A DNA stretch of 64,000 bases from an uncultured Bacteroidaceae bacterium (GTDB lineage: Bacteria > Bacteroidota > Bacteroidia > Bacteroidales > Bacteroidaceae). Made by a program: the position numbers and the translations under genes. The notes below the pieces were generated by a model. That model saw only the letters and a list, made by a program, of their open reading frames with translations, was not told the DNA's origin and did not search any database. Of the stretch, positions 58,787 through 64,000 are shown one piece after another. Every line of letters starts with the position of its first letter. Positions within the stretch are counted from its first letter, which is position 1. The stretch spans positions 31,811 through 95,810 of the forward strand of contig CAJOCU010000005.1 in the NCBI GenBank assembly GCA_905233765.1. The letters are read 5' to 3'.

Positions 58787-59659
58787 ATGTCTGACGAGAA
58801 GACAATTTCTGACCCGCTAAGTACTGCCTATGTGGCACCGCATCAACGGGAACCCTTGCGCTTATGTGCCGAGCATCTGAAGAAGATCTACGGAAAGCGC
58901 ACCGTGGTTGATGACGTGAATTTCCACGTTGATCAGGGTGAGATTGTGGGCTTGCTGGGTCCCAACGGGGCGGGTAAGACGACCTCGTTCTATATGACTA
59001 CGGGGCTTGTAATTCCCAATGAAGGTCAGGTTTTCATCGGGCATGAGGAGATAACAGATTTGCCTGTATATAAGCGTGCACATAAGGGCATCGGCTATCT
59101 GGCGCAGGAGGCCAGTGTTTTCCGAAAGATGTCGGTCGAAGACAATATCGCCAGTGTGCTGGAACTGCGTACCGATTGCACGGAGGAGTATAAGCGACAG
59201 AAGTTAGAGGATCTCATCCGTGAGTTCCGTCTGCAGAAAGTGCGTAAGAATCTCGGTGACCGCCTCAGCGGCGGGGAACGTCGCCGTACAGAGATCGCTC
59301 GCTGTCTGGCTATAGACCCCAAGTTCGTGATGCTTGATGAACCCTTTGCCGGTGTCGATCCTATAGCGGTAGAGGATATCCAGCTCATCGTGTGGAAACT
59401 GAAGCAGATGAACATAGGCGTGCTTATCACTGACCACAACGTGGAAGAAACGCTTTGTATCACAGATCGTGCCTATATGCTCTTCGAAGGCCGTATTCAC
59501 TTCAAGGGTACGCCGGAAGAATTGGCCGCTAATGAAGTGGTACGCGCCAAGTACTTGACAAACAGTTTTGTGCTGCGTCCGAAAGACTTCGAAGGCATGA
59601 ACAGAGAACGCTTGAAGACAGATGCAGCAGTTTCTGGCACGGGTTTTGCAGAAGAGTAA
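58787..59659 (+). CDS. lptB: LPS export ABC transporter ATP-binding protein
   Basis: The start is set at [10 protein letters not shown]. Contains [28 protein letters not shown] and [11 protein letters not shown]. The upstream part of ORF 58298..59659 is antisense to the permease gene. Confidence 0.85.
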   Translation: MSDEKTISDPLSTAYVAPHQREPLRLCAEHLKKIYGKRTVVDDVNFHVDQGEIVGLLGPNGAGKTTSFYMTTGLVIPNEGQVFIGHEEITDLPVYKRAHKGIGYLAQEASVFRKMSVEDNIASVLELRTDCTEEYKRQKLEDLIREFRLQKVRKNLGDRLSGGERRRTEIARCLAIDPKFVMLDEPFAGVDPIAVEDIQLIVWKLKQMNIGVLITDHNVEETLCITDRAYMLFEGRIHFKGTPEELAANEVVRAKYLTNSFVLRPKDFEGMNRERLKTDAAVSGTGFAEE

Positions 59660-59692
59660 AAACGAAAAAACATAGAATCGTACAATAACATT

Positions 59693-61048
59693 ATGAACAT
59701 TCAATTTGAGAAAACATCAGGGGTGGCCGCTGAGTTGACCATCACCTTTGAGAAAGCTGACTATCAGGAACGCGTGGAAAAAGCGCTTAAGGATTATCGC
59801 AAGAAGGCTGCAATGCCGGGTTTCCGCCCTGGTCAGGTGCCTATGAGCTTGATGAAGAAACGCTTTGGTGGTGAGATCACCGCTGAGGAAGTGCAGAAGC
59901 TATTGAGTGAGAAACTCTATGGTTACCTGCGTGAAAATAAGATTGATATGCTGGGTGACCCCCTCGCTAGCGAGAAGCAGCAGGCGGTTGACTTCGAAGC
60001 TGAGCAGCTCAACTTTATCTTTGACATTGCTCTCGCTCCTCAGTTTGATGCCAAACTGACCGATGCAGACAAGATTCCTTACTACACCATTAAGGTAACG
60101 GATGATATGGTAGATGGTCAGGTGACAGCATACCGCCAGCGTGGTGGCCATTATGACAAGGTGGATGGCTATCAGGAAGGTGACATGATAAAAGGTCATC
60201 TCGCAGAACTCGATGCTGATGGCAGCGTGAAGGAAGGTGGCGTACAGAAAGAGGACGCTGTAATCCTGCCTGGCTACTTCAAGAATGCCGACGAGAAGAA
60301 GAAGTTCGACGGCGTGCAGGTGAACACCGTCATCACATGGAACCCCGCCGTGGCATACGAGAACAGTGCCATCGAGCTGAGCAGCCTGCTGGGCATCACC
60401 AAGGAAGAGGCTGAAGGTATCCAGGGCAACTTTAGCTATCAGATTACTGAAATCACTCGTTATGTCCCCGCTGAGCTCTCTCAGGATCTCTATGATCAAG
60501 TATTCGGTGAGGGCAAAGTGAAGAGCGAAGAGGAGTTCCGCGCTGCCATCAAGGCACAGATTGAGGAACAGTTTGCCTTCAATGCGCAGGTGCGTTTCAT
60601 GGCAGACGTCCGTGAGTACCTTGAGGAGCGCATCGGCCAACTGGAGTGGCCGGAGGAACTGTTGAAGCGCATCATGCGTGCCAACAATCCTGACAAGGAC
60701 GAGAAGTACGTGGAGGACAACTTCGCCGGTAGCATCAAGGAGCTGGAGTGGCACCTCATCAAGGAGCAATTGGCCGACCAGACTGGCATCAAGGTTGAGC
60801 AGGACGACGTCCTCGAAGTGGCTAAGCGTCAGACACGGATGCAGTTCGCTCAGTACGGTATGGGCAATATCCCCGACGATGTAGTTACCAACTACGCCAA
60901 CGAGATGCTCAAGAAGAAGGAGCAGGTGGAGGGCCTGGTAGCCCGTTGCGTGGAAGAGAAACTCGGTGTAGCCATTAAGGACATCGTGAAACTCACCAAG
61001 AAGAGCGTCACCATGGAACAGTTCAACAAGCTCTACGAGAAGAAATAA
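59693..61048 (+). CDS. tig: trigger factor
   Basis: 451 aa. Contains KAAMPGFRPGQVPMSLMKKRFG and lies upstream of clpP-clpX. Confidence 0.9.
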   Translation: MNIQFEKTSGVAAELTITFEKADYQERVEKALKDYRKKAAMPGFRPGQVPMSLMKKRFGGEITAEEVQKLLSEKLYGYLRENKIDMLGDPLASEKQQAVDFEAEQLNFIFDIALAPQFDAKLTDADKIPYYTIKVTDDMVDGQVTAYRQRGGHYDKVDGYQEGDMIKGHLAELDADGSVKEGGVQKEDAVILPGYFKNADEKKKFDGVQVNTVITWNPAVAYENSAIELSSLLGITKEEAEGIQGNFSYQITEITRYVPAELSQDLYDQVFGEGKVKSEEEFRAAIKAQIEEQFAFNAQVRFMADVREYLEERIGQLEWPEELLKRIMRANNPDKDEKYVEDNFAGSIKELEWHLIKEQLADQTGIKVEQDDVLEVAKRQTRMQFAQYGMGNIPDDVVTNYANEMLKKKEQVEGLVARCVEEKLGVAIKDIVKLTKKSVTMEQFNKLYEKK

Positions 61049-61054
61049 GGCGCT

Positions 61055-61726
61055 ATGCAGCACTCTGATTTTCGCAAATTCGCTACAGGCCATCTTGGCC
61101 TGAACGGACAAGTCCTGGACGACTACGTTAGCGTGCAGAACCAGTATCTGAACCCCTACATTCTGGAGGAGCGTCAGCTGAATGTGACGCAGATGGATGT
61201 GTTCTCTCGCTTGATGATGGATCGCATCATTTTCCTGGGAACCGCCATCGATGACTATACGGCTAACACGCTGCAGGCGCAGCTCCTATACTTGGACAGC
61301 GTGGATCCTGGCAAGGATATTAACGTCTATCTGAACTCTCCCGGTGGTAGCGTGAGCGCTGGCCTGGGCATCTATGATACGATGCAGTTCATAACCTCTG
61401 ATGTGGCTACTATATGCACTGGTATGGCAGCCTCAATGGCTGCCGTACTCCTGGTGGCCGGCAAGGAAGGAAAGCGCAGTGCGCTACCTCACAGCCGCGT
61501 AATGATTCACCAACCTTTGGGTGGCGTTCAGGGTCAGGCTAGCGACATCGAGATCGAGGCCCGTGAGATTCAGAAACTCAAAAAAGAGCTGTACCAGATT
61601 ATAGCAGACCATAGCCATACGCCTTATGACAAGGTTTGGGCTGACAGCGACCGCAACTATTGGATGACGGCCGAAGAAGCCTGCGAGTATGGTATGATAG
61701 ACCAGGTACTCAGCCGTAAGCAATAG
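61055..61726 (+). CDS. clpP: ATP-dependent Clp protease proteolytic subunit
   Basis: Contains IYLNSPGGSV-like YLNSPGGSVSAGLGIYDTM, GMAASMAAVLL and MIHQPLGG. Confidence 0.95.
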   Translation: MQHSDFRKFATGHLGLNGQVLDDYVSVQNQYLNPYILEERQLNVTQMDVFSRLMMDRIIFLGTAIDDYTANTLQAQLLYLDSVDPGKDINVYLNSPGGSVSAGLGIYDTMQFITSDVATICTGMAASMAAVLLVAGKEGKRSALPHSRVMIHQPLGGVQGQASDIEIEAREIQKLKKELYQIIADHSHTPYDKVWADSDRNYWMTAEEACEYGMIDQVLSRKQ

Positions 61727-61770
61727 TTCTTTCTCGCGCGCGAACATTATTATATAATAAAGTTCTTTAA

Positions 61771-63012
61771 ATGACAAAGAAAAAGAATCGCTGCTCGTTT
61801 TGCGGACGCGCCGACGATGAAGTTGCATTGTTGGTGAGTGGTATCAACGGCTTTATCTGCAATGACTGTATTCAGCAAGCCTATACGATTGTCCAGGAGG
61901 CACAATCGTCTCCAGACGCAAGCATGAAGGGCAAGTGGGCCTCGATGAATTGGAAATCGTTGCCCCGACCCGCTGACATCAAGGCTTATTTGGATCAATA
62001 CGTCATAGGACAGGATGATGCCAAGCGCTATCTCTCCGTAGCTGTCTATAATCATTATAAGCGACTTTGTCAGACAGTGGAAGATGACGGTGTGGAAATC
62101 GAGAAAAGCAATGTCATCATGGTTGGTCCCACCGGAACGGGAAAGACCCTGATGGCACGTACCATCGCCAAGCTGCTGAAGGTTCCTTTTACCATTGTCG
62201 ATGCTACCATTTTCACGGAAGCAGGCTATGTGGGCGAGGATGTTGAGAGCATCCTGTCGCGACTACTTCAGGTGGCAGATTTTGATGTTGAAGCCACGCA
62301 ACGTGGCATCGTGTTCATCGATGAAATCGACAAGATTGCTCGCAAGACAGATAATCCCAGCATCACGCGTGATGTCAGTGGCGAGGGTGTGCAACAGGGC
62401 TTGCTCAAGTTGCTCGAGGGTTCCATTGTGAATGTTCCGCCCAAAGGCGGACGCAAGCATCCAGATCAGGATTACGTTCATGTGGATACACGTAATATAC
62501 TGTTTATCTGCGGTGGCGCTTTCGATGGTATTGAGCGTAAGATAGCACAGCGTCTCAACACTCATGTGGTGGGCTACAACTCTGTTCAGAATGTGGCACG
62601 CATCGACAGGAGCGACTTGATGAAATATATCGTTCCTCAGGACTTGAAGAGTTTTGGCCTAATCCCAGAGATTATTGGCCGCTTGCCGGTGCTTACATAT
62701 TTGAACCAACTTGACCGTAAAGCACTCCGTGCGATTCTCACGGAGCCAAAGAATTCGCTTATCCGTCAACAAGAGAAACTGTTCCAAATGGATGGTATCA
62801 AGTTGACCTTTGACGAGGATGCGTTGGAATATATGGTCGATAAGGCCGTCGAATACAAATTGGGAGCTCGCGGTTTACGTAGTATAGTAGAGGCCATCAT
62901 GATGACTCCTCAATTTGAACTCCCCTCTTCGGGAGACAAAGAATTCCGCGTGACTCTAGATTACGCACGGTGTCAATTAGAGAAATCCACGTTGAATGCG
63001 ATGCAAGGATAA
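61771..63012 (+). CDS. clpX: ATP-dependent Clp protease ATP-binding subunit ClpX
   Basis: The zinc finger reads CSFCGR...CNDC. Also contains [15 protein letters not shown] and [10 protein letters not shown]. Confidence 0.95.
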   Translation: MTKKKNRCSFCGRADDEVALLVSGINGFICNDCIQQAYTIVQEAQSSPDASMKGKWASMNWKSLPRPADIKAYLDQYVIGQDDAKRYLSVAVYNHYKRLCQTVEDDGVEIEKSNVIMVGPTGTGKTLMARTIAKLLKVPFTIVDATIFTEAGYVGEDVESILSRLLQVADFDVEATQRGIVFIDEIDKIARKTDNPSITRDVSGEGVQQGLLKLLEGSIVNVPPKGGRKHPDQDYVHVDTRNILFICGGAFDGIERKIAQRLNTHVVGYNSVQNVARIDRSDLMKYIVPQDLKSFGLIPEIIGRLPVLTYLNQLDRKALRAILTEPKNSLIRQQEKLFQMDGIKLTFDEDALEYMVDKAVEYKLGARGLRSIVEAIMMTPQFELPSSGDKEFRVTLDYARCQLEKSTLNAMQG

Positions 63013-63023
63013 ACATCTTTCAA

Positions 63024-63065
63024 GGCTCCAAAAGTAGTGATAAACAGCTTTTGGAGCTTTTTTTA
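63024..63065 (+). terminator. rho-independent terminator after clpX
   Basis: ggctccaaaag-tagtgataaacag-cttttggagc followed by tttttttat. Confidence 0.75.
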
Positions 63066-63130
63066 TAAAAAAATGCATTACAACATGGAGAAAAGCGGAA
63101 AAAAACTTGGATAATAGAGAGATTTGTGTA

Positions 63131-63138
63131 TATCTTTG
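63131..63138 (+). promoter_or_regulatory. Bacteroidetes -7 promoter box (TATCTTTG) for recQ
   Basis: Matches TAnnTTTG, 19 nt upstream of the ATG at 63157. Confidence 0.45.
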
Positions 63139-63156
63139 TAACGCAAAGGTATAATC

Positions 63157-64000
63157 ATGAAGAAAAACCTTAACCTGACAGAGCAACTGAAGCACTATTT
63201 TGGCTTTGATACCTTTAAGGGTGATCAGGAAGCCATTATCCACAATGTCCTCAATGGGAATGACACCTTTGTTCTCATGCCGACAGGTGGTGGTAAATCC
63301 TTGTGCTACCAACTTCCTGCTCTCATGATGGAGGGTACCGCTATTGTGATTTCACCTTTGATTGCCTTGATGAAGAATCAAGTTGATGCCATCCGGCAAG
63401 TGAGTGCGGATGACGGCATTGCACATTTCATGAATTCTTCCCTGAACCGTTCAGCTTTAGATCAGGTTAAGACGGATGTCCTGTCAGGCCGTACAAAGTT
63501 GCTATATGTAGCTCCCGAGTCGTTGACAAAGGATGAGAATATTGACTTCCTGCGGCAGGTGAAGATATCATTCTATGCGGTTGACGAAGCACATTGTATC
63601 TCGGAATGGGGACATGATTTTCGCCCGGAGTATCGTCGCATACGGCCGATTATCAACGAGATAGGCGTTTCTCCCGTGATTGCTCTTACAGCGACTGCCA
63701 CAGATAAAGTCCGAGGTGATATCAAGAAAAATCTGGGCATGTTGGATGCTACGGAGTTTGTTAGCTCCTTCAATCGCCCCAACCTTTATTATGAGGTGCG
63801 TCCGAAGACAAAGGAAATTGATAAGGATATCATCAAGTTCATTCGCCAAAATCCTGGAAAAAGTGGTATCATATACTGTCTGTCCCGTAAGAAGGTGGAA
63901 GAATTAGCAGAAGTGCTAAGGGCAAACGACATCAATGCGCGAGCTTACCACGCGGGCATGGACACACCGACACGTACGCAGACACAGGATGACTTCATTA
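63157..64000 (+). CDS. recQ: ATP-dependent DNA helicase RecQ, N-terminal part (runs off the right edge)
   Basis: Absent from the ORF track because it has no stop in the window. Contains LKHYFGFDTFKGDQEAIIHNVLNGNDTFVLMPTGGGKSLCYQLPAL and FYAVDEAHCISEWGHDFRPEY. Confidence 0.9.
   Translation, partial: MKKNLNLTEQLKHYFGFDTFKGDQEAIIHNVLNGNDTFVLMPTGGGKSLCYQLPALMMEGTAIVISPLIALMKNQVDAIRQVSADDGIAHFMNSSLNRSALDQVKTDVLSGRTKLLYVAPESLTKDENIDFLRQVKISFYAVDEAHCISEWGHDFRPEYRRIRPIINEIGVSPVIALTATATDKVRGDIKKNLGMLDATEFVSSFNRPNLYYEVRPKTKEIDKDIIKFIRQNPGKSGIIYCLSRKKVEELAEVLRANDINARAYHAGMDTPTRTQTQDDFI

Overview
This is a 64 kb chromosomal segment that looks like Bacteroidota, probably a Prevotella-like Bacteroidales. 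The supports are GC content above 50 percent judged by eye, the Bacteroidetes -7 promoter box TAnnTTTG in front of many genes, and typical Bacteroidales gene content and synteny (SPOR-folE, tpiA-DoxX-DUF1599, MlaEF-like transporter, GH97, rubrerythrin, ECF sigma modules). About 53 protein genes can be supported. Most are housekeeping: tpiA, ndk, queA, tex, xth, nrdDG, pflBA, metA, tig-clpP-clpX, recQ, lptB, an ABC-F ATPase, and M13/M23/M15/U32 peptidases. I found no rRNA, tRNA, CRISPR array, transposase or integrase. Accessory content: (1) a 7.4 kb bimodular NRPS with domain order C-A-T-C-A-T-R next to a MATE exporter and a truncated condensation-domain remnant, all downstream of folE; (2) two tandem ECF sigma / membrane-protein modules. 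The most unusual signal is not a gene. It is a family of GC-rich palindromic 35-40 bp units, present alone or as inverted pairs that form 93-109 bp MITE-like composites. These units sit in-frame inside at least five unrelated coding sequences: the NRPS (3 sites), a SPOR protein, an ECF sigma factor, an anti-sigma-like protein and a U32 peptidase. They add Pro/Gly/Glu/Arg-rich peptide loops. Related oddities are a perfect 24+24 bp palindrome inside the ABC-F gene and purine-rich heptanucleotide tandem arrays (RTGAARA, YTGAGAG) inside three minus-strand genes. Other points: an apparent 1-nt frameshift in pflB at a GAGAGAG tract, a consensus sigma-54 promoter with upstream TTGTCGC repeats in front of hsp20, direct repeats in the nrdD leader, a candidate small RNA or attenuator, and a 600 bp ORF-free repeat-rich spacer. 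All alignments were done by eye and no database search was possible.
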